Of a stretch of 64,000 nt of DNA, positions 51,904 to 64,000 are shown one piece after another. The notes beneath the pieces were generated by a model. It ran no database searches, was not told where the DNA came from, and worked only from the letters and a program-made list of their open reading frames with translations. Numbering within the stretch: the first letter of the stretch is position 1; each line of letters begins with the position of its first letter. The position numbers and the translations under genes are program-made. The stretch covers positions 56,420,001 to 56,484,000 of the forward strand of contig CM126223.1 in assembly GCA_052327205.1 (NCBI GenBank), given 5' to 3'. The DNA is from Somniosus microcephalus (lineage: Eukaryota).

Positions 51904-53176
51904 CTTGTGTGGTGGTGGTGGTGGCGGTGTAAGAGGGGCGGAGAGAAAAGGAATGCAAAAGGTAAAAATACATCCAAGTGATATTGACTGTGCTGGCAGC
52001 AAATCTAATAAACCAGCCAGTCTAATTAAAATATTTGTAGAATTTTTTTTTTATATAAAGAGTTGATGGTGCATAAACTCAACAGTAAATTTTCATTTAC
52101 CTAAAAAGAAACATTAATTGTTCAATACATGCATTTAGAAACTTCTTGTAAAGCATTATAATAACTTTCATTAAAAACCAGACATTGCACAACTGCTCAC
52201 CACCTGTGTAGGTCATCAGTGGTGAAAGCAAGCCCCATGGGACTGCAGAGGAAAATTATTACTCGGGTAGAACTGTTTTGAGTGCATAAGTTATGCGAGG
52301 ACAGCATGCAAGAACACTTTGTGCCTTGAATGCACTTCCGTCTGTGGCAGGAATCAATGATACAAAACTGTAACATTTTATTGGACCAGACATGTGCAGT
52401 TTTCTTCTATAATGGAGAACAAATGTAATACCCTATTGGATATCGAGCAAATAGGAATTAATGATTCCAATTTAACATTTTTTTTTTTCCAGCCACTCTT
52501 AGCGAGAGTGTGAATATAAACCCTTGTTTTCCTTCATTTTTATGAACTGTTCATCAGCAATCTCCAGCTGTCTGGACAAAGACTTCGATTTCTATGTGGT
52601 GTTGCAGTGTATCAGGCAAACAAGCACTAACCTATCAGCTTTTAGCTATGCCTTACATCAGTCACGGCACCCCAAATGTAATCCATTGTGTGAAGCACAG
52701 AGATGTTTCAACTTTGTAAGGCACGAAATAATTGTTTATTTCTTGTGTTCTCTCAGGATGTGGGAGATGCTGGCAAAACCGCATTCACTGCCCTGCCCCG
52801 CCCCGAGGTGATGGCAGTGAGCCTTCTCTTTCAACTGTTACATTCCTTGTGCAGGTGAATGCAAGTATTTTATACTTTCTGTTCAGTTATTTTTATTTCA
52901 CCACTTATTTACCATAGTCACAAAAAAAAAGTAACATGAATAATTCTCCCAAGTACTTCCTATGCCTTTCAGATTTTACTAAAAATAATTGGCCAAAGTT
53001 GAAATCTGCTCAAAGAATCCAGTGAGGTCTAAACACAAGTAAACACAACCACTACAATATCAAAGGACAATATTAAAAAGTTTTAGCAAACACTACACAA
53101 ATATCCCTCCCCAGCACCACCAGTTGATCCCATTCCAGCACTGATGGCAGTTGTTGTCATTTCTAGCATCACTTAC

Positions 53177-53252
53177 CTGCCAGGTCAGGCTGGGGTCTCT
53201 GATACAGCATGGTGAACTCATCTGGATAATTTTCCACCCAATTCCAAAACGC
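53177..53252 (-). CDS. NF1: NF1 exon 7 orthologue (76 nt)
   Basis: AFWNWVENYPDEFTMLYQRPQPDLA; ctag|GCG ... G|gtaagt. Confidence 0.97.
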
Positions 53253-53904
53253 CTAGAGGTTAAACAATTTATCACATTTTGTAAGTAGTTTAACTTTAAA
53301 CAAAACAATTGAATTAGAAATCGCATGTAGGATGTTGTATCTGAATCAGCAGACAACCGGGTCTATTTTGCAATTCTGAAAACTTCGCTTCATAGTTCAC
53401 TTGTGCCGTAAAGGTTGCTCCAACAAGTTAAATGCATTAATATGCAATGCTCTAGCAGTATTTAAAAACACAAATGCTGCCTTTTGAAAAATATGAAAAC
53501 TTTTCATCCCATTTAGACCAACATAACTGCTCCCCACTGATGATGGAGCCCAAGACTGTGTGTTCTCATTGGTTGCAGATCACTCCTGACATCATTGGAA
53601 CATGGCATGTAAATTCTTCCCCATGCGGATTTTTAAACCACAGAGCTCAGGTCCCAGCCCTGGCTGACATTCAACCCCAATCGATGCATCAGGCGAGAGT
53701 TTCAACAGCTCTCAGCTGCACTGCTTGGTAGGACACCTCATGTACAAATAGGAGGATGGAGAGGGAGAGCAAGGAGGGCGGGGGAAAGAGAATGGGAAAA
53801 GACAGGTGCACATATAGGTGCAGTTCCCCCCCCCCCCCCGCCGAGAGGCTTTAAAGGAGCTGAAACACTGGCCAAGGTTTCCTGCTGCCTATTCCAGGGA
53901 CTAT

Positions 53905-54200
53905 GACAGAAAGACAGACACTTTCATTTATATAGCGCCTTTCATACCTCAGGACGTCCAAAAGCGCTTTACGGCCAATGAAGTGCTTTTGAAATGTAGT
54001 CACTGTTGTAATGTGGGAAACACAGCAGCCAATTTGCACACAGCAAGCTCCCACAAACAGCAATGTGATAATGACCAGATAATCAGTTTTAGTGCAGTTG
54101 ATTGAGGGGATAAATATTGGCCAAAACACCACGGGAACTCGCCTGCTCGTCTTCAAAATAGTGCTTTGGGATCTTTTACATCCACCCGAGAAGGCAAACG
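53905..54200 (-). mobile_element. Deu-domain SINE 3' half
   Basis: Reverse complement matches 39100-39240 plus 39786-39860 and the tails at 34420 and 57330. Confidence 0.8.
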
Positions 54201-54465
54201 GTTCAAGTCTTCCAAGTTTCTTAAGGTGACCGAGACATTTATGGATCTAAACTTCAAGATGTTAAAAAAACATTTATCATAAGCCCTTCACACAATTCGT
54301 TGAAACAGGACCATAATCCCATGGATTCAGCAGTGAACAGATGTGTGTGTGCAATCTTGGAAAGCTTCAATTGTTGTACACAGATGAACCATCACTCAAA
54401 TTATCTCCCTGCATCCATCAGATGTCCACCAGATGACTACTGGCAAAATGCAAAGTCACGCTTAC

Positions 54466-54533
54466 CTTTTCAAGACTGCTTATGACTGCCAACTGAGCTG
54501 CCTTTTTCAGTGATTTGAATTTAAAGACCGTCT
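54466..54533 (-). CDS. NF1: NF1 exon 6 orthologue (68 nt)
   Basis: (E)TVFKFKSLKKAAQLAVISSLEK; gcag|AG ... AAG|gtaagc. Confidence 0.97.
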
Positions 54534-56199
54534 CTGCAGCAAATAAAAGGGTTTCATTAGTTGTTTTTTTCCTGGACTATTTGGAACTAATGCCAGAAGA
54601 AATGAAGTGGTAAATAATTGGGAAATACAATGAAAGGGCTCAGTTCAGGGAGGGTATTCACTTGTTTCGTTGAGGTTAAAGGATCAATTGCATGTTCTAC
54701 ATTGAGTTCTAAGTTATTAAATTGAGCACTTCATTTGGAAGAGCCAAGGAAGCTCTGGAGATGCGGCATAAAGGCAGGCGATCGGGAGAACCCCTGCGGA
54801 AATTGCAAACTTTTGAAGAGCTTTATAGCTTTTGTTGCTGCCTTTTAAACTGGTCTTTGTGAGCTTGTTATAATGTTAATGAAGCGTCCACCTCACTTAA
54901 GAGGTGTGTTCCAGATTCCCACCAATGGGCAGCTTCTGCCCAGCTGTACCCAACTTCTCAAGGGCAACTAGGGATGGGCAATAAATGCTAGCCTTGCCAG
55001 CGACGCCCACATCCCATGAACGAATAAAAAGTCTCAGAACTTTGTTACTCCTACTTTTCATACACATGACTGCCTGAAGCATAATGTCCACCTAATGATT
55101 TAATATCTCACCCCCACCTTCAAAGGAAAACAGAACTCCTGTCCATTTTAGGGCAAAGGAAGCTAATTGCTATATTACCATCTACTAAGCCTCAAAGCTC
55201 TCCCAGGTCAGGCTCAGTCCTGTAGACAAATAATAGATATCTCCCCACACGACACACTGAAATAGGCCCATCCACAAACACTGCACCAATGTGGCCTCTT
55301 TCATTTCCTATACTGCACTTCATTATAGCCAATCAGTAGGATTGCAAATTTACTTTAATTGTGATATTGCAGAGAAACATCAAACTTCCATAGATTCAGA
55401 CTACACAAACTTATTTCACTCTGGTCACCAGGGAGGGCAGGCGTGATCACCTCCTTAGCGGCTTGCTCAGAATGCAATAAGTGGTGTGAAACTTCAGTGT
55501 TCTGATTTCTATCCCACGTCCAGTCTACTGCCACAATCTCCTTTCATCTGTAGAGAATTGTCCACTTATGCCCTCATCGCACACTCTCCATTGCAAAAAC
55601 CCAAATCTACACCATCGCTATTTCAAAAATGTCCATTGGTCTCACCACCTCCATCCTTAAACTACACACACATACACCAAGTCCCCTCTCAGACCAAGTC
55701 GCACACACACAGGCATCACTTTGGTTTTCATCTAGCTTCTCCTGCTCCCCGTGCCCAGCAAATCAACTTTAGGAGCCTGGTCTTCAAATCCCCACCCACT
55801 CTATTTGGGTCATGTTCTCCAACCAGACATCCAATGTGCACCGCCATTTCCCAAAGTCTTAATAGCTGCTGGACCCCCCATCCCCTCCGCTCTATCATCG
55901 ATCTTTCAGCCATTACACCTTATAAGCCTGTAGAACTATCTGCTAAATCCAATTCACCTTGCTACCTCTCATCCTGCCTTCAACGAAAGCCCATTTCTTG
56001 CTCATGCCTTTGGTTTCCAACCCCACCCAAATGTATTATTTCCAGCATCGGTATCCACATATGGACAGAAGCCTTGAGGCTTCATTTTCAAAATTTAAAA
56101 ACATTGGAGGAGGAAAGAACATGAGAGAAAGATTAGTTTCTGAAAGTGCAAAGATATTAAAACCTGAAAAAAAAGTTTAAAAAAATTAATCCACTTTAC

Positions 56200-56306
56200 C
56201 TTGCAACAATCGCTTGAGTCTTGCACAATCCACATTAATGTGTTGTATTAATTCTATGTCATTGACGTCTGTACTGTCTTCCGAGCACAGAGCCAGCTCT
56301 TGCAAC
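56200..56306 (-). CDS. NF1: NF1 exon 5 orthologue (107 nt)
   Basis: LQELALCSEDSTDVNDIELIQHINVDCARLKRLLQ; gtag|G ... G|gtaaag. Confidence 0.97.
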
Positions 56307-58128
56307 CTACAAATGAGTGGTAATATATAACGTATTCCATGAGTAAATAGAAGGTGTGAACAATTAGGAAGTTAATCAGCAGCAAACCCAGGTTTGCTCA
56401 AACATAGCAACTAAACACTGACCATGATACACATCCAACTTCTGCTGAAAATCATTAACACTACAATAACTGACTACTTAGGAGTATGTTTTGTGAAAGG
56501 GCACTGGTGTTATTGCAGTTTTATTCCTCAACATCTTTTTTAAAAAAAGGGCATAATAAAAGTAACAAATACTGCCCACTGAACATAGTCACTGGAATTG
56601 GCTGCAAGTACATATTTTATGTTCACAAGTCTACAGATATATTTCCCTTCAAATTTGCAGGCCAGCAACAGTAAGGGCTACTTAATAGGACCTCGGGGGG
56701 GGGGGGGGGGGGGGGGTGGCAGGACCTATTGTGTTTACCCACGACTTCAGAGTGCTTACAATCTCAATCTACGAGTCTTTTTTTGGGTTGTGTAAGATTC
56801 TGTAATTGAAAAATTGTCTGCCTCTCTGGAGCCCTGGATGTTGAATCATGCCACTGAGTGTGCAACAGGATTGACTCAGAACTGCTTCAGATTTTAAGTT
56901 GTATGCATCTCACCTTTACCCAAATCAACATACCATCTGTTACGGGTGCAGCAAGATTTATGATTCAAAGCTATTTAGTGCATTTCCTGTGACAAGGGGC
57001 AGTGGTAGGGAGATAGCTCACTGCACCAGAGATTGGACAAACTGGGCTGAAATCTGGGTCCTGGGTGACATTTGTACGCTGCCTTCCATCAGATGGTAAG
57101 ATACCAATCGCAGCTGGGACAACACTGGAGGTGGTGTGTGACGCCTCAAAAAAGTCCACGACATTTGCAAACATTGTCCATCGAAATAGGCCCATATTCC
57201 TCTGGATGATATTTATATGGTATCTCTATTTAATTAATGCAAATTTTTCTCAGTTGCGTTCTGTTCCTCGGGTCATAAATCATTATTGTGGATAAGTTTC
57301 ACAAAAGGAAGAACGAGGTTATCATTTTCCTACATTACAACAGTGGCTACACTTCAAAAAGTACTCAATGGCTGTAAAACGCTTTGGGACGTTAGGTGGT
57401 CGTGAAAAGTGCTATATAAATGCAAGTCTTTCTTTCTATCTTTTACCCATAATTCTCAACAGGAAAAAGCTCTCTTGCTCATCCTGCATTCCCTAAAGCA
57501 GCGAGTTCAGAGTGCGGTGAACAGAGAATTAAGCAGCATTTCAAATAACCAGTGGGGAGAGGAGTAAAGGATAAGGTCACCCTTGGGTTTAATTTACCTT
57601 TTGAGGTATAAAAAAAAAAAAAACAAACAAACATTCTCCCAGACACAGTACCCAAGTTGTACAGTACAGGTGGTATTTTACCCACAAAGATACCTTCAGA
57701 ACCCCCTCATACTTTCAGATCTTTAATTAAGGATCTTTGGCAAGCATGAATTATATAAAGAAAGAAAGACTGACTAACTTACATAGCCTCAAATTTCTAG
57801 AATGGGACTTAAACTCACAACCTTCGGACTCAAAAGGTGAGTGTTACCAATGGAGCCACAGCCGACACCAATGGAAAAAATAACTGCTTTACAGCACACT
57901 ACAGAAATTTAACTTGCGATTTACACTATTACCTCATTGACAATCACAGTTAGAAGGCAGCAACCTCTTGAAATTTCATACATACATGGAGGAGGCGGCA
58001 AAGCAAAATAGGGCATCGGAAGAAGAAATGTGCCAAAATTAGAACTTTTGCCAAGACTGAAAAGGCATTAAAAAAATGTAAATTTTTGCATTGTATTTCA
58101 ATTACAAAAGAACCACTAATCACAATTA

Positions 58129-58453
58129 CAGGAAACTTTGGTTTATCCGGAGGTTAACTGCCCGGAATGCTCGAGCCACCGGCAAAAATCAGGAGCTGTT
58201 TCGTTAGGTTTTTTTTCTTTTCGTTGCTTTTTTTTCCCCACCAGTCAGGCTCTGCAAGGTCTCGCTGAAGCTGTTGCTAAGTTACAGAGACGCTTGCAAG
58301 GTACGTCTGTGTGTTTAGAAGCTGTTGCTAAGCAACAGGGTTTGTTGCCAGATACGGAGCTCAAAATTTCTATGTTTCAATATTAGCGCTGGTTTGTCCG
58401 GCAGTTTTGATGGGACGGCAACAGCTCGGTGCCGGATAGCACAAAGTTTCCTG
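58129..58453. mobile_element. Tc1/mariner-type MITE, copy 3
   Basis: TA|CAGGAAACTTTG...CAAAGTTTCCTG|TA; collinear with copy 2. Confidence 0.87.
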
Positions 58454-59639
58454 TACTCAGTCATTACCATTTTGCAAAAAAAGTGACTCATTAATAATAA
58501 AGCAGCTGTACCGGACCCTGCCCTCTCAAAGATGGCCACATCTCATCAAAACAAATCAATCAGTTTAGAGATGTGCACTCCATGAAACACTAAGATTACA
58601 CACTAAACAGATCCTCTAACCATTTGTGGGAATGTGTTATGACCAGCAAAGCTCGTGACATGCCAAGAATCCTACAGCTGCTGCAACAAGGCTTAAAATA
58701 TGTCAAACAGGAAGATAGGAGGTTAAGAGGTCAGCAATGTTAGTGCCAGCAGCCTGGCCAAACTTGGAGACAGACGTCATGAAAGGATGTAGGATTTACC
58801 CAGTGCATTACTCAGCTCTGAAATCAAGCAAGCTCGCTATGTCCAGGACTTAGGAGTGAACCTACGGGGACCATTTAAATGACTGCCATCAAATGAAATG
58901 AAATGGTTTCCAGAAAGGTTGGTCAGTAACCGAAATGCCACCAAAGTTTTTGACTCATTAAAAAAAAAGTACACTAATGCATGCATGCAGAATATTTTCC
59001 CTATTTCTCCTCTTTTCTTGGTCTCCCTCTGCTCCCACCCCTCTCCATGTAATAGTTCTGTGGAGCTCAGCTACACAATCTTAAAAATTAACTCAAATGT
59101 GTGCCAGGAGTCAAAATATTTTCTTCAGGGACATCATATACATATCCTTTACCCCCTCACCACAAATCTAGATCTCAGTTTGAACAAACAACTTGCATAA
59201 CTCCTTTACATCAAAATTACAACACAGAAACCTGTTCAGCCCAACCAGCACTGGGGTTTCTCCTCCACAAGCAGCAGTGTTAATCCCACGTGCCTGCTCT
59301 GTTCCCATATCCCTTTATTCCCCTTTCCTTCTGCCACCTATAACTATTCTTAAATGCTGACATGGTCTCTCATGGTCACCAACTCCAGCAGTGCATTCCA
59401 CAGCTCCGCAACCCTCAGCGTCAAAGAAGTTTCTCCAGCTCTCTGTCCTAAATCTCTTGCATTTAATCCCATCTAATATCCCCTTGTTCTAGACCATTGG
59501 AAACAGTCTGTTTCAATCTACCGTGAGCGTGCATGGGGTGGGGCGGGCAGGAGAGGGAGGAAGAGACAGCAAATACACAATTGTGTCTGAAGTTATTAAC
59601 TGTTAATCTACAACAGAAATTCTCTGCTGTGAATTCTCA

Positions 59640-61220
59640 GCTGAGTGCACTGGATACAGCAAAGGCTATGGGCTCCAACAACATCCCGGCTATCGTGCTG
59701 AAGACTTGTGCTCCAGAACTAGTCGCGCGTCTAGCGAAGCTGTTCCAGTACAGCCACAACACTGGCATCTATCTGACAATGTGGAAAACTGCCCAGTTAT
59801 GTCCTTTCCAAAAAAGCAGGACAAATTCAACCCAGCCAATTACCACCCCATCAGTCTACTCTCAATCATCAGCAAAGTGATGGAAGGTGTCATCCACGGC
59901 GCTATCAAGCGGCACTTACTTACCAATAACCTGCTCACTGATGCCCAGTTTGGGTTCCGCCAAGACCACTCGGCTCCCGACCTCATTACAGCCTTGGTCC
60001 AAACATGGACAAAGGAGCTGAACTCCAGAGGTGAGGTGAGAGTGACTGCCCTTGACATCAAGGCAGTATTTGACCGATTCTGGCATGAAGGAGCCCTAGT
60101 AAAACTGAAGTCAATGGGAATCAGGGAGAAAACGCTCCACTGGCTGGAGTCATACCAAGCACAAAGGAAGATGGTTGTGGTGGCTGAAGGTCAATCATCA
60201 CAGCCCCAGGACATCGCAGCAGGAGTTCCTCAGGGCAGTGTCCTAGGCCTAACCATCTTCAGCTGCTTCATCAATGACCTTCCCTCCAACAGGTGGTCAG
60301 AATTGGGGATGTTCGCTGATGACTGCACAGTGTTCAGCGCCATTCACAGCTCCACAGATAATGAAGCAGTCCATGCCCGCATGCAACAAGACCTGGACGA
60401 CGTTCAGGCTTGGGCTGATCTGTGGCGCGAATGTTTCCTGCCACTTAAGTGCCAGGCAATGACTATCTCCAACAAGCGAGTGTCTAACCACCACCCCTTG
60501 ACATTCAATGGTATTACCATCGCCGAATCCCCCCACTATCAACATCCTCGGGGGGTAACCATTAACCAGAAACTTAACTGGACCAGCCACATAAATATTG
60601 TGGCAACAAGAGCAGGTCAGAGGCTAGGTATTCTGTGGCGAGTGTCTCACCTCCTGACTCCCCAAAGCCTTTCCACCATCTACAAGGCACAAGTAAGGAG
60701 TGTGATGGAATACTCTCCACTTGCCTGGAGGAGTGCAGCTCCAACAACACTCAAGAAGCTCGACACCATCCACGACAAAGCAGCCCGCTTGACTGGCACC
60801 CCATCCACCACCTTAAACATTCACTCCCTCCACCACCGGCGTACCGTGGCTGCAGTATGTACCATCTACAAGATGCACTGCAGCAACTCGCCAAGGCTTC
60901 TTCGGCAGCACCTCCCAAACCCGCGACCTCTTCCACCTAGAAGGATAAGGGCAGCAGGCGCATGGGAACACCACCACCTCCACGTTCCCTTCCAAGTCAC
61001 ACACCATCCTGACTTAGAAGTATACCACCGATCCTTCATCGTCGCTGGGTCAAAATCCTGGAACTGCCTCCCTAACAGCACTGTGGGAGCACCTTCACCA
61101 CACGGACTGCAGCGGTTCAAGGCGGCGGCTCACCACCACCTTCTCATGGGCAACTAGGGATGGGCAATAAATGCTGGCATTGCCAGCGACGCCCTGATCC
61201 CACAAACGAATAAAAAAAGC
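59640..61220 (+). mobile_element. 5'-truncated CR1-group non-LTR retrotransposon with open reverse transcriptase domain
   Basis: ORF 59706-61157: NYHPISLLS, QFGFR, LDIKAVFD, GVPQGSVLG, MFADD motifs; 3' UTR and A-rich tail; no endonuclease domain. Confidence 0.95.
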
Positions 61221-63200
61221 TCGGGATGAGTCAGTAACTCCTGACCTACAGCGAGCCAAATTACTTGATCCTCTGAAAAACAATCCTGATTTTATTTGTA
61301 GGTTCCACAGGCACCAAAAAAAATGCAAACTTATAGCCATCAAAATAAGCTTCATTTCACAAGGTGCACAATAGGTCAGCATCAGCAATTCATGCATAAC
61401 AGAGACACTGGCTCAGTGTTCATTAACACGAAATGCAAGTATTCCCCCCCCCCCACTGTTGTATCTTTAATCTTCTCGATCATCAGTCCCGTATCCAGAG
61501 ACCTCTAAGCGTAGGATAAATACAGCAAGGGCTCTGGCTAGCTTGTATCTGTAGCTGAGCCTAGAAACTCCACGGGGCTCAAGTGCCTATGTAATGTCCA
61601 TTTATGATAGTGAAGGGACATTAAAAGGAGAATACCCAGGCACTCATCTCACTTGCTCAATTACCCAAGTGGTGTTAGAGATGGGATCAGAAGAAATAGC
61701 CTGACAATGATACGAATGACCTCCTAATCCAGAATTTGCATCAAGTGCTTGTGATGTTTGTGTTCTTCTAAAGGGATGGTCAGGATTACACTGATGCCTG
61801 AAAGGACAATCACAGCTTTGGACTCCGGTAGAGATCATAACTTTTTTTTGCAGCCATCAGTGTTAGACCCTCAAGTCTTCATGAGAGAATACAACATATA
61901 CAGAGCCAGCGCATGTACAAGAGAAAGAGAGAGAGAGATAGAGAGAGAAAGAAACACAGTTATTTCTAAGCTTATGTTTTAATGCTGTGGAGGTGAAACA
62001 CCACACAAGATTCAGTGATAAGTTCAAAATTGTACTTCCAAGGTGCATTGTAGCAGCGTGGAGAATAAGCACATACCAGAGATTTGCTGAATCACTGTCA
62101 GTGCATAATGAAAAACAGTACAAATTTATTCTGCATTTTATAGCCAGCATTTTCACATCCAACTCGGATTATAATTAATTATTACCTGCCCATCCTAATG
62201 AAACTCTACAACCCATGTAGAAAGCCATCAGCACAAAGTCGCTGCCATACCAAGGGCATCACTAAAGGGGTTAATGGGGGAAGTGGCAATGTCATACTTT
62301 GAAGTTTATGAAGCTGCAGTATTCAATAAGTAAAATGTAGTGGATGCGCTATGTCCAGTAAAGTGAAAAATAACCATCTCCATGAGTCATGCTGACAGGA
62401 TAACTTATGAACAAAAGTCACAAGCAGGTTACAGTCACCCTCCTCATGAGCAAGCTATTGATGATTTCACTCTGCTTCCCCAAGTATTCTTGAATATTTG
62501 TGTAGAGTTTTCAATTGAAAAAGGTTTAAATTAAATCAAGAAACAACTTGAAATTGCTTTCTCATTAAAAATGACAGTTTTATTTCAACAGTATGTCCCC
62601 TCAAGGAGCTAGCGAAAAACTAAATCATACTGCAGTAGCTGATGGACGGTTTTTAGTGGAGAATGCTTTATAGAAGGTGTTTCGGAGGAAAAGATTAGTA
62701 CCAATAATAAAAGAATGAGGATGAGATCATAAATAGTTGTAGTCAAAAATAAACACTGAATGGATAAAGTCCCTGGTTAAAGGCTGGCTGAATCATACAA
62801 AGTGAGGAGGCTGATGAGGCCAAGTGATTAGACGTATTCGAGGTTAGACTTATTCAAGGTCTGGGTCTACTCAGAGAAAAATTTCCAACGGGCAAAGTTT
62901 CCCAGGTCATTTTAGGATGAATGAAGAAATATGGGGTGATGAAGGGGCAGTATGAAGTACGACGAAGATGGAGCCTCCAGTATATAATCCCTGGAACATC
63001 CGAGGCCCAGGGATGACATCACTTGTGAACCTGCCAACATACTGGTAAAATAACACACGTCTCAGCTGCCCCCCCATATACTTAAAGTCTTTCTCTACTC
63101 ACAAACCCAATGATTGTATGCGTGAAGTGATTAACTTTTTGCTTGAGCATTAACAGGCATAATTCTTGGGCAAAAGGGGGAAAATCCAAATATACACCAT

Positions 63201-63895
63201 GGCCCATAATTTGCAGTCAGTAGCGATGCGACGGCGAAGAAAGTTGCCCAGAGATCTTGAGGTCTCTGTGGCGAAAACTTTAGATTTCTCGACGTGTAAT
63301 TGATTGTAGCGCTATGAAAAGGGGATTCCTAGTGTAGTGCAGCAGTGATGTCATCAAGTTGTCGAAGCAGCCAATCACATTGAAGAATTCACAGACAGCA
63401 AACCAGGAAAGCAAAAGCACGGATTCAGTACACTTTTTAAAAATGTTAGAGAGCAAAATAAAGATTGACACATACACATGGGGTTAAGGTAGAAGCTGAA
63501 ATATCGTGAACAAAGAAATCTAGTAATATTTAGCATAATGGAGACATTTGACATTCCACAAATATTAGATTATTTTTCAGGGTCAGAACGGTTGTTTCGC
63601 AGTCAATACGCTGTTAAAACCCCAGTTACACCTATTCCAACAAGGCTTACCTTTTAATGGGGTGTTCAACAGCGATTTAATGCAGAACAGCTCACGTTTT
63701 CGTTAGGTCCACTGATTGCCGGCTTTTTTGGGGGGGGGGGGGGGGGGGGGCTCCACTGCGTAGCTAGTGTCGGAGCAGGGAATGATTGGCCGCTACTTCA
63801 GGATTTCTGTGTTTGGATGCGCATGCGCCAAGTCCTGAAGTTACGGTCAGTTTCAGAGACAGTTCGCAGTCATTACCCACCGCAAAATCCAGGTC
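63201..63895. mobile_element. Possible older MITE related in ends to the 44782-45449 element
   Basis: ggcccataatttgc ... gcaaaatccaggtc imperfect TIR, GC-rich ends and AT-rich centre. Confidence 0.4.
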
Positions 63896-64000
63896 ACTTT
63901 AAACTTCAATATTGGATTGTTTGAATATTACAGACCTGGCATGGAGAGGTGGCATGGTACTCAGTGTTTCTATGGCCAAAAAGTTATTTTTCCATCAAAT

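Larger units (their letters stand above)
5143..56306 (-). other. NF1: Neurofibromin 1 gene, internal part (orthologues of human exons 5-27); gene extends beyond both window ends
   Basis: 22 exons translate to peptides nearly identical to human neurofibromin in collinear order, all with AG/GT boundaries and compatible phases. Confidence 0.99.

Noticed and set aside
55486-56124. 212-aa plus-strand ORF
   Set aside because: No recognisable domain, GTG start, antisense intronic; probably decayed repeat sequence
56307-64000. NF1 exon 4
   Set aside because: No ETMLVKQLLPEICHF-like peptide seen; presumably beyond the window end

Overview
Eukaryotic (vertebrate) genomic DNA, most likely a cartilaginous fish (shark/ray), inferred from the HE1-like V-SINE, Deu-domain SINEs and abundant CR1-group LINEs. 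The window lies inside the neurofibromin gene NF1, transcribed on the minus strand. I mapped 22 coding exons with canonical AG/GT boundaries and consistent phases: the orthologues of human exons 5-16 and 18-27 (continuous numbering), from the N-terminal region through the CSRD to the start of the GAP-related domain. No orthologue of human exon 17 (legacy 12b) is visible, and exons 16 and 18 join in frame; two assembly gaps lie in that intron. Introns carry CR1-, L2- and RTE-clade LINE fragments, SINEs, three MITE families, Penelope-like remnants and a 1.8 kb purine-rich 20-bp minisatellite. The most interesting unexplained region is intron 12, with two frame-preserving candidate cassette exons (45 and 51 nt) and a hammerhead-ribozyme-like core. 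No prokaryotic system (CRISPR, operon) is present, and most listed ORFs are spurious. Human exon sizes and residue numbers are from recall, not from an alignment run here.
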